Source: Spirochaetia bacterium (GTDB lineage Bacteria > Spirochaetota > Spirochaetia > SZUA-6 > Bin103). From it: 64,000 bases of DNA. Position 1 is the stretch's first letter. Each line of letters starts with the position of its first letter. The notes beneath the pieces are model-generated. The model made no database searches. It was not told the origin of the DNA and saw only the letters and a list, made by a program, of their open reading frames with translations. Both the position numbers and the translations under genes were made by a program. Shown here in pieces: positions 12,597 to 20,391 of the stretch. Where the stretch lies: contig OZ241863.1 in NCBI GenBank assembly GCA_965203055.1, positions 672,001 to 736,000 on the forward strand, in the 5' to 3' direction.

Positions 12597-13538
12597 ATGG
12601 TGGAACTGAAGGTCGGAATCGTCGGCTGCGGCGGGCGCGGGCGCGGGCATGCGCGGCACGTCGCGGGGCTGGAAGGGGTGCGGCTGGAGGCGGTGTGCGA
12701 TCCGGCGGCGGAGCTGCGCGGCGCGGCCGCGGCGGAGTTCGGGATTTCTCGCCAGTACGACTACCCCGACCAGATGCTGGCGGCCGGGCCGCTCGACGCG
12801 GTGGTCGTGAGCGTGCCGCCGGAGCTCAACTGCGCCGCGGCGCTGGCGTGCGTGGAAGCGGGGGGCGCTACCCTGGTGGAGAAGCCGCCGGGGTTGCGCG
12901 CAGCGGAGACGCGGCAACTGCTGGCCGCAGCCGAACGCAGCGGCGCGCGCTGCATGGTGGGGTTCAACCGCCGGTTCAACCCGCTCATCATCGAAGCGCG
13001 CCGGCGCATTGCCGAACGCGGACCGCTGGTTACCGTGGTAGGCGAGTTCCACAAGAACCTGGCGCAGATCGAGGCCCAGGGCAAGTTCGCGGAACCGGTG
13101 CTGGAGCGGTTCTTCTATGAGACGCCGATTCACGCGCTCGACTGCGTGCGCGCGCTGGCCGGGTCGCCGGCGAGCGAGGTGTACGCCTTGTCCCGCAGCG
13201 CCGTGTCGCGCCACCGCGATGCCTACGGCGCCCTCATCCGGTTCGAGAACGGCTGCATCGCCCATCTGATCGCCAACGTCACCAGCGGCGCGCGGCTGGA
13301 GCGCTACGAGCTGCACGGCGCCGGCATCTCCGCCTACCTGGAAGGGGTCAGCCAAGGGCGCGTGGTGGAGGACGGCGCGGTGACCGCACTCACCGGTCAG
13401 GGCGACCGCAGTACCCTGGAACAGGATCGCTACTTCCTGGACTGCGTCCGCCATGGCCGCCCCATCGCCGCGCCCGCCTGCGATCTGACCGAGGCGGTGG
13501 CGACCATGGAGCTGGCGGCGCGCATCTTCGGCGATTGA
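12597..13538 (+). CDS. Gfo/Idh/MocA family oxidoreductase
   Basis: GIVGCGGRG Rossmann motif, EKP, GFNRRF, IHALD. Confidence 0.9.
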   Translation: MVELKVGIVGCGGRGRGHARHVAGLEGVRLEAVCDPAAELRGAAAAEFGISRQYDYPDQMLAAGPLDAVVVSVPPELNCAAALACVEAGGATLVEKPPGLRAAETRQLLAAAERSGARCMVGFNRRFNPLIIEARRRIAERGPLVTVVGEFHKNLAQIEAQGKFAEPVLERFFYETPIHALDCVRALAGSPASEVYALSRSAVSRHRDAYGALIRFENGCIAHLIANVTSGARLERYELHGAGISAYLEGVSQGRVVEDGAVTALTGQGDRSTLEQDRYFLDCVRHGRPIAAPACDLTEAVATMELAARIFGD

Positions 13539-13548
13539 CGGCGGCTGC

Positions 13549-13578
13549 GCCGCCGCGGTCGCCGATCACCGCGGCGGC
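13549..13578. terminator. GC-rich hairpin between convergent genes (possible terminator)
   Basis: GCCGCCGCGGT-8 nt-ACCGCGGCGGC perfect 11-bp stem; no U-tract. Confidence 0.4.
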
Positions 13579-13592
13579 CGGTGGCCCCGCCG

Positions 13593-15317
13593 TCAGCGGG
13601 CCGCGGCCAGGGCGGGGGCGGCAGCGGGCTGCCGCCGGGAAGAAGCCGCCAGGCTGCGGTTCAGGGCCGAGATCAGCGCCAGCGCGGACGCCTTGGCAAT
13701 GTTGGGGTTGGTCCCCGCCCCGAACCGCTGGGTGCCGTCGCCGCGGGCTATCTGGATGTAGGCGATGGCGGTGGAATCGGTGCCCTGGCCGAGGGCGTGC
13801 TCGGAGTAGTGGGTGAGCCGGAAGTCGTTCAGCCCCGCCTGCCCCAGGGCGTCCTTGAGCGCGTCGATCGGCCCGTTGCCGGTTCCGCGCAGCTCCCTCT
13901 CGGCGCCGTCCACGACGACGGTCAAGGTGCCGTGCATGCGTGAACTGTCCTCGGTATCGCTGGCGATGGCGTAGTCGAGGAAGCGCAGCGGGGCGTCGAC
14001 CTCCAGGTACTCACGCTGGAAGGCGCGCCAGATCTCATGCGCCTCCACTTCGCGGCCGCTGCGGTCGCTCAGCTCCTGCACCACCTGTCCGAACTCCGGC
14101 TGCATGGTCTTGGGTAGCTGGCAGCCGAACTCGCTCTCCATCACGTAGGCGACGCCGCCTTTGCCGGACTGGGAGTTGATGCGGATGATCGCCTGATAGG
14201 AGCGGCCGACGTCGGTGGGATCGATCGGCAGGTAGGGGACCTCCCACCGATCGCCGGGCGTTTCGCTTTGCGCGGTCATGCCCTTGTTGATCGCGTCCTG
14301 GTGCGAGCCGGAGAAGGCGGTGAACACCAGTTCGCCGGCGTAGGGATGGCGCGCGCCGACCGGCAGCTCGGTGCAGTAGTCGGAAACTTCGATCAGGCGG
14401 CTCAGGTCGTGCAAGTCGAGGCCGGGGTCCACGCCCTGGGTGTACAGGTTGAGGGCCACGGTGACGATGTCCACGTTGCCGGTGCGTTCGCCGTTGCCGA
14501 ACAGGGTGCCTTCCACCCGCTCGCCGCCGGCCAGCAGGCCCAACTCGGTGGCCGCCACCCCGGTGCCGCGGTCGTTGTGGGTGTGCAGGCTGAGGATGAT
14601 GCTGTCGCGGCGCTGCACGCGGCGCAGGAACCACTCGATCTGGTCGGCGTACACGTTGGGGGTGGCCAGCTCGACCGTTGCCGGCAGGTTGATGATCATG
14701 CGCCGGTCCGGGCTGGGATCCCAGGCCTCGATCACCGCGTCGCAAATTTCCACCGCGAAGTCCAGCTCGGTGCCGGTGAAGCTCTCCGGCGAGTATTCGT
14801 AGAGAATCTCGGTGGCGGTCTGCTCGGCCAGCTCCCGCACCAGCCGGGTGCCGTCCACCGCGATGCCGCGGATGGCGGCGCGGTCCATGCGAAACACGAC
14901 GCGGCGCTGCAGCTCGGAGGTGGAGTTGTAGAGATGGACGATGGCGCGCGGCGTGCCGGCGATCGCCTCGAACGTGCGCCGGATCAGGTGCTCGCGGGAC
15001 TGGGTGAGCACCTGCGGATATACGCCGGCGGGAATCAGGCCGCGCTCGATCAGGGTGCGCGTGAAGTCGAACTCCACGGCGGAGGCGGAGGGGAACCCCA
15101 CCTCGATCTCCTTGAAGCCGATGTCCGCCAGCAGTGAGAACATGCGCAGCTTCTGGTTCAGGTTCATGGGGTTGATGAGGGCCTGGTTGCCGTCGCGCAG
15201 ATCGACGCTGCACCACCGCGGCGCGCGCTGCAGCGTGCGGTTCGGCCACTGCCGGTCGGGCAGATCGATGGTCGGGAAGGGGCGGTACTTGGTGATGGTG
15301 CCTCGCTGCACGTTCAT
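13593..15317 (-). CDS. leuA: 2-isopropylmalate synthase (yeast/actinobacterial-type LeuA)
   Basis: ATG 15317 with GAGGAGG RBS; WCSVDLRDGNQAL, YSPESFTGTE, SLHTHNDRG, GNGERTGN, RINSQSGKGG, GNGPID. Confidence 0.95.
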   Translation of the reverse strand: MNVQRGTITKYRPFPTIDLPDRQWPNRTLQRAPRWCSVDLRDGNQALINPMNLNQKLRMFSLLADIGFKEIEVGFPSASAVEFDFTRTLIERGLIPAGVYPQVLTQSREHLIRRTFEAIAGTPRAIVHLYNSTSELQRRVVFRMDRAAIRGIAVDGTRLVRELAEQTATEILYEYSPESFTGTELDFAVEICDAVIEAWDPSPDRRMIINLPATVELATPNVYADQIEWFLRRVQRRDSIILSLHTHNDRGTGVAATELGLLAGGERVEGTLFGNGERTGNVDIVTVALNLYTQGVDPGLDLHDLSRLIEVSDYCTELPVGARHPYAGELVFTAFSGSHQDAINKGMTAQSETPGDRWEVPYLPIDPTDVGRSYQAIIRINSQSGKGGVAYVMESEFGCQLPKTMQPEFGQVVQELSDRSGREVEAHEIWRAFQREYLEVDAPLRFLDYAIASDTEDSSRMHGTLTVVVDGAERELRGTGNGPIDALKDALGQAGLNDFRLTHYSEHALGQGTDSTAIAYIQIARGDGTQRFGAGTNPNIAKASALALISALNRSLAASSRRQPAAAPALAAAR

Positions 15318-15338
15318 CCTCCTCGATGGCGCTGCCAT

Positions 15339-15390
15339 AAAAAAAGCCCAGGTCAGCAGTCGATCACCTGATCGACTGTGAGCCTGGGCT
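15339..15390 (-). terminator. Intrinsic terminator of the leuA attenuator
   Basis: Minus strand AGCCCAGG..CAGTCGATC-AGGT-GATCGACTG..CCTGGGC followed by a run of 7 T, about 20 nt upstream of the leuA start. Confidence 0.85.
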
Positions 15391-15411
15391 GCTGCCTTGC
15401 TGCGCCGTTCG

Positions 15412-15504
15412 CTACATGCGGTCTCCGGCGGAGCACGCGGCAACCCAGGCCGGTAGGCCCAACAGGGTGAGGAGCAGTTGCTGTAGTGACGGAAGCTGTC
15501 GCAT
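15412..15504 (-). CDS. Leucine-rich leader peptide of leuA (30 aa, MRQLPSLQQLLLTLLGLPAWVAACSAGDRM)
   Basis: 8 Leu in the first 17 codons, including two CTA, one CTT and one TTG; lies between a promoter and the terminator; contains the antiterminator arm. Confidence 0.8.
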   Translation of the reverse strand: MRQLPSLQQLLLTLLGLPAWVAACSAGDRM

Positions 15505-15526
15505 GTCCTGACCGAAGTCCGCACGT

Positions 15527-15556
15527 AAGCTACCCCGGACCGGCACCGCGTGGCAA
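15527..15556 (-). promoter_or_regulatory. Putative promoter of the leu leader/leuA
   Basis: TTGCCA, 18 bp, TAGCTT on the minus strand, 22 nt upstream of the leader ATG. Confidence 0.55.
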
Positions 15557-15792
15557 GTGCCTCCGAAGTGAAGCATACCGCCGAGGAGCAGCCGCCCGGC
15601 GCCGGCGCGGCTGCAGAGGGGAGGTGCCGCTGATTCGGAGACAGGCGCCGCGCGGGCCGGTTGGCGGCCAACGCTGCCGGCAGCGGGCCGTCTACCGCCG
15701 GCAACACCGGAAGGCCAGCTCCAGCACCTGTCAACCATGCGCCGGCGCGGTGCTATCGGCACTCAGCCACTCGGTGGGCAACCGGGACCACC

Positions 15793-16008
15793 TCAGTTCA
15801 CGGTGACGGCCAACCCGACCACGAGCACGGCCATGACACCGACACGGATTGCAGCGGCCCGTACTGCCAAGCCCTTGGTGATCAGCAGCTTCTCGTTGAA
15901 GGCGACCGACTCGGCAAGCCCGTCACCGATCCATTCCGTCAGCCCGGCCTCCTCGTACTCCGGCGAATGGAGGTGGATGGGCTCCCTAGTGTTCGGCGTC
16001 ATCATCAC
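15793..16008 (-). pseudogene. Small ORF, probably a C-terminal fragment of a membrane protein
   Basis: 71 aa ending in one hydrophobic helix (N..L..K...AAAIRVGVMAVLVVGLAV); no clear RBS; island edge. Confidence 0.3.
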
Positions 16009-16046
16009 GGCCGTCGTGACTACGGCGTCGTCGATCGGCCGGGTCG

Positions 16047-16075
16047 TTGACGTATGTGTTCCGAAGGGGTACTAT
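16047..16075 (+). promoter_or_regulatory. Near-consensus sigma70 promoter for the protease operon
   Basis: TTGACG (16047-16052), 17 bp, TACTAT (16070-16075). Confidence 0.6.
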
Positions 16076-16245
16076 ATGAGCAAAGGGCGGACACGTTGCA
16101 AGCGCTGGATGAGCTGACGGGCAGGACGTCGGCGCCGAGAGGGAGTTGATGCCCCTTGGCGAGATGTTGCGTCGAGAAGCCCGGCGGCACCTGAGATCAA
16201 ATAATTGTGCCATCCTTTGAATTGTTTGGGGAAAGGAGTAACCGA

Positions 16246-17160
16246 ATGGCGAAACCGCAGTTGTCAGAAGAAAGAACAATCGCTGCTGTCGAGAAGGAGA
16301 TTGACGATGCGTGCAACGAACTCGCCAAGATTCGGAACTCGAAATGCTTCCCGCTGCTGCTCAGTGACACCAGTATACGAAACACCACTGTCGATAGGGT
16401 CTACGATCGGTTGCGTGACGGGAAGTACGACGGTGGCTCCTTGGATGTCGTCATAGATTCCAGCGGAGGCGATATTGATGCGGCGTATAATCTTTCCCTA
16501 CTTTTTCGTCGGTATGGGAGCGGCAGTCTGACCTTTTTCATCCCGAGATGGGCAAAGAGTGCGGCGACACTTTTGATCTGTGCCGGTGATGAGATCCACA
16601 TGACTCCCGTCGCAGAACTGGGACCATTGGATCCTCAGATCACTGCAACTAACCCGTTCGAGCGTCGTGTAGAATCGTTTTCTCCTCTCCACATAGAATC
16701 GACTCTTCAGCTTATCCGGGACGAGTTTGACAATGGTAGCTCGAGACTGGCCGAAGGACTCATAAATAGGCTGCAGTTTCCTCTTACGCTCGGAAGCATC
16801 AAGAAATCTCTTGATGTAGGACGCGAATATGTCGAAAGGCTTCTCCTATCCAGAATGTTGAAAGAGAACAAGGAAGCTGTCGAGAAGATCGGCAAGCGGC
16901 TGACGACTGGATATGCGGATCATAGTTGGTGCATTACCGTTGATGAGGCACAGGAGATGGGACTGAAGGTGAGCGAAATCAAGGATGAATCCTTGGATAT
17001 AGTTTGGAAGATACATAAACTAAATAGCGAGAAGTCAGATCTCATTAGTCAAGAAAGAGAAGATAAGTTAAAGGCAAAATTGAAGGATTTGCCTCCCGAA
17101 CTGTTGAATGCATTATTGTCCTCTGGGATTGATGGGCAGAAAGATAAAGATCGGAGTTAG
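16246..17160 (+). CDS. ClpP/crotonase-fold serine protease (SDH_sah / DUF114-like)
   Basis: AAGGAG RBS then ATG 16246; DSSGGDIDAA, IPRWAKSAATLL (catalytic Ser), MTPVAELGPLDPQ, DHSWCITVDEAQEMGL (His); low GC. Confidence 0.85.
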   Translation: MAKPQLSEERTIAAVEKEIDDACNELAKIRNSKCFPLLLSDTSIRNTTVDRVYDRLRDGKYDGGSLDVVIDSSGGDIDAAYNLSLLFRRYGSGSLTFFIPRWAKSAATLLICAGDEIHMTPVAELGPLDPQITATNPFERRVESFSPLHIESTLQLIRDEFDNGSSRLAEGLINRLQFPLTLGSIKKSLDVGREYVERLLLSRMLKENKEAVEKIGKRLTTGYADHSWCITVDEAQEMGLKVSEIKDESLDIVWKIHKLNSEKSDLISQEREDKLKAKLKDLPPELLNALLSSGIDGQKDKDRS

Positions 17161-17169
17161 GAGGAGAAT

Positions 17170-17412
17170 ATGGTCGACTATTCAGCGATACCGACACGGC
17201 TTGCGGCCGCTTTGCTGCTTGCCAGAGGTGAAATATCTTTCGGTGAGATCAGGGCTCTTCCTTTGGTCGAAGATGAGAAATTCGCACTTGCCATAGCGGA
17301 CATACTGGCGCAAAGCTTCAGGGTTGAGCGGTCCGAACGGCGGGTGGATCAGTCGGCCTCGCAGTTTGAAGATGTGATTCGACTTTTAGCGTCGCCCGCT
17401 GCAGGAAGATAG
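17170..17412 (+). CDS. Small hypothetical protein, predicted winged-helix-like
   Basis: Strong GGAGGAG RBS 9 nt after the protease stop; helix-strand-helix-helix-hairpin pattern; same low GC as the protease. Confidence 0.7.
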   Translation: MVDYSAIPTRLAAALLLARGEISFGEIRALPLVEDEKFALAIADILAQSFRVERSERRVDQSASQFEDVIRLLASPAAGR

Positions 17413-17689
17413 CGCTTAGCTTTAGCTTCTGTTCTCGAAATGCACCGGTGTGCGGATAGGAGGTCGGCTCAGCGTGGACAGGCCGTAAACAGAGCGCTTC
17501 CGGGTTTCGTGCGTGGGTAGGGCGTCTTGACGGCAGCGCCTGCGTCAGCAAGTCTACGCTGGCGCCATTGCATGACAGGAACGGGACGGCAGGATGTTGT
17601 CTCATGCCTACGGCGGGATCGGGAAGCGGCAGGTGGTCAGCCCAACGCCGGACGATCGCTTTCCCACGCGCGTGGTTCTTGTCCACTAG

Positions 17690-18455
17690 CGGCTCATCGA
17701 AGCCTTGCAGCAGGTCCAGGCCGGCGGCGTGCAGCGCATTCGCCGCGCGCTATGAACAGCACGGCCAACGCTTCAGCATCGCCACCATCGACCAGGACGC
17801 TACCATCGTCGAGTCCCACAAGAAGGCCACCTTCCCTCATTACCAGGGTGGCCGCGGCTATCAGCCGATGCTCGCCCTGTGGGCGGAAGCCGACCTGATC
17901 GTCGCCGACCAGTTCCGCGACGGCAACGTGCCTGCCCACCAGGAACCGCTGACCTGTTGCCAACTGGCGTTCGCCGCACTGCCCGACACCATCACCACGC
18001 GCTACTTCCGCGGTGACAGCGGTTGCTATGAGAGCAACCTGTTGGACTGGCTCAGCGACCCGCAACGCCAGCAGGAGCCCGGCGGCGGCATCGGCTTCGC
18101 CATCAGCGCCAGGATGAGTCCCGAACTGCGCCGCGCCGCCACCCTCCCGGAAGTGAAGCCGACGGCACCATGCGGCAGTGGGCGGAGAGCTGTTCTACGT
18201 CCCTAGCAAGAAGACCGAGCACAAGGACAGCCAGCCGCTGCGCTACCTCGGACTGCGGCTGCGCAAGGCGCAGGGCGAGTTGTTCGCCGACGGCAGCGAC
18301 CGCCACTACCACGCGGTGGTGACCAACCTGCCGTCGGACGCGCCGCGGCTATTGCAGTGGCACCGGGAGAAGGCCGGCACCATCGAGCACGCCCATGACG
18401 AACTGAAGAATGGCTTGGCGGCCGGCCACATGCCGAGTCAACGGTTCGCGGCGTG
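17690..18455 (+). mobile_element. Degenerate IS1380-family transposase remnant
   Basis: TIDQDATIVES, YQPM, FRDGNVPA, RGDSGCY, VVTN, REKAGTIEHAHDELKN motifs split by frameshifts (~17740, ~18140-18190); both termini missing. Confidence 0.8.
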
Positions 18456-18582
18456 CACGCCAAGCTCAGCGCCGCCTCGGTGGGATATGACCGGCGGCAC
18501 CGTTGACACGCGCCGCTATTTGCGTCAAGTATGCGCCCAACCACCGCTACCCGCGGTAGTCGCGCCTCCAGGAGAGAGACAC

Positions 18583-19758
18583 ATGGACCAGAATGGCCTG
18601 CCGGACTGGTATGACGACTATGCCGAAGACCAGGACGAACTGCAGATCGAAGAATACGACATCACCGCTTCTCCGAACGACTTCAACGTGATGACCCTCC
18701 ACAGCTTCGTGGATACCGGATCGGTACGAATTCCGGGATTCCAGCGTAACTTCGTGTGGGATATCGGACGGTCCTCGAGGTTGATCGAGTCACTTATCCT
18801 TGGCCTACCGGTCCCGCAACTCTTTCTCTACGAACAGGAGCGAAACAAGTTTCTCGTGATCGACGGCCAGCAACGTCTGATGTCGATCTACTATTTCATC
18901 AAGAAACGCTTTCCTCGAAAAGAGCGGCGGGCCGATATTCGCCGCATTTTCGATCAGGAGGGAACTATCCCTGATAAAGTACTATATGACGACAAGTATT
19001 TCCAGACATTCAACCTGAGACTGGCGAGCTCGCTTCCGAATCGAGAGAATAAATTCAGAGGCTTGAACTATGCTACGCTCGGCGACTACAAAACTCAACT
19101 CGACCTTCGTCCGATACGAAATATTGTGGTAAAGCAGAACGCTCCATCGGGAGACGATTCGTCGATGTTCGAGGTGTTCAATCGACTCAACACGGGTGGC
19201 GTAAACCTGAGACCACAGGAGATCCGAACGAGTATGTATCACTCCGACTTCTATCTTATGCTCTATCGGATCAATACGGAGAATAAGAAATGGAGAACGC
19301 TGCTGAAATCAGACGCTCCCGACTTACACATGAAGGATATAGAGATTCTACTCCGAGGTTTTGCCATGCTCTTGGATGGTCACAAATACGCTCCATCAAT
19401 GGTCAGATTCCTCAATCTATTCTCCAAGAAATGCATGAATCACAGCGCCGAAATAAATGAATATCTCGAGAGATTGTTTGGGTCCTTTCTCCATGCCTGC
19501 TCAGCATTGCCCGACAACGTTTTTTTCAACGAGGGTAACAACCGATTCAACATAGCACTTTACGAGGCAGTATTTGCCGTATCAGGAAAGGGAGCCATAG
19601 CGGAGAAGAGACCGATAGATGGTTTGCTCGATACCCGCAAGATTCGTGAACTGGAACAGGACAAGGAATTTTCCCAAGCATCGTCGGTGAGTACCACTAG
19701 CACGGCTAACGTGAAAAAACGTCTGGATAGGGCGGCTGCCATCGTCGGATCCCTGTAG
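18583..19758 (+). CDS. DUF262 (GmrSD N-terminal / ParB-like) domain protein
   Basis: GGAGAG RBS and ATG 18583; IPGFQRNFVW, LIESLILGLPVP, VIDGQQRL, FNRLNTGGVNL; low GC. Confidence 0.9.
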   Translation: MDQNGLPDWYDDYAEDQDELQIEEYDITASPNDFNVMTLHSFVDTGSVRIPGFQRNFVWDIGRSSRLIESLILGLPVPQLFLYEQERNKFLVIDGQQRLMSIYYFIKKRFPRKERRADIRRIFDQEGTIPDKVLYDDKYFQTFNLRLASSLPNRENKFRGLNYATLGDYKTQLDLRPIRNIVVKQNAPSGDDSSMFEVFNRLNTGGVNLRPQEIRTSMYHSDFYLMLYRINTENKKWRTLLKSDAPDLHMKDIEILLRGFAMLLDGHKYAPSMVRFLNLFSKKCMNHSAEINEYLERLFGSFLHACSALPDNVFFNEGNNRFNIALYEAVFAVSGKGAIAEKRPIDGLLDTRKIRELEQDKEFSQASSVSTTSTANVKKRLDRAAAIVGSL

Positions 19759-19768
19759 CGGTCGAGTA

Positions 19769-20338
19769 GTGGCTACTAAGCCGGTCGATGCACTGCATAA
19801 GAATTTTGCTGATCTTCTTGCATTTCTGGACCAGGCCGACCAGATTTCATTCCGAATTACGGCGGATGACAACTTCAGGAAGGTGTTACTGTTGGCTGCC
19901 GCGAGTTACTTCGAAAGGCAACTGACGGAGGTAGTGGTATCTTTCGTGAGGGCCGTGACGGCACCGGATCACGTCGTTACGTGGTTGATCAAGAAACGGG
20001 TAGTGGGACGACAGTACCATACCTGGTTCGATTGGGAGGCTCGTAACGCGAACAAATTCTTCAGTATGTTCGGCAATTCGTTCAAGAACCACATGAGTAA
20101 GCTGGTCAACAGGGACGACACACTGTCTTTCGCAATTCAGGCGTTCATGGAGATTGGGCGAGAGCGAAACCTGATGGTGCATCAGGATTTTGGAAGCTAC
20201 ACCCTCCAAAAGACATTGGAAGAGATATACGAAATGTATCGTTCTGCGGCCAAGTTTGTCGAATGGTTTTCTCAGGAACTCAGGAGATACTCGGTGACTG
20301 GAACGGACACGTCGCAGGGAGCGCAGCTCCGTACCTGA
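19769..20338 (+). CDS. HEPN-domain protein (RiboL-PSP/MAE_28990-like)
   Basis: LLLAAASYFE helix and RNLMVH (Rx4H) HEPN motif; directly downstream of DUF262. Confidence 0.8.
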   Translation: MATKPVDALHKNFADLLAFLDQADQISFRITADDNFRKVLLLAAASYFERQLTEVVVSFVRAVTAPDHVVTWLIKKRVVGRQYHTWFDWEARNANKFFSMFGNSFKNHMSKLVNRDDTLSFAIQAFMEIGRERNLMVHQDFGSYTLQKTLEEIYEMYRSAAKFVEWFSQELRRYSVTGTDTSQGAQLRT

Positions 20339-20391
20339 CCCTTGAGAGCGCCGGCGGTAATGGGGTTTCGCGCACCATCGCACGGACCGGG

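Noticed and set aside
18178..19758. Apparent 526-aa transposase-DUF262 fusion
   Set aside because: The N-terminal part is an IS1380 fragment without a credible start; DUF262 has its own RBS and ATG at 18583 and a different GC content.
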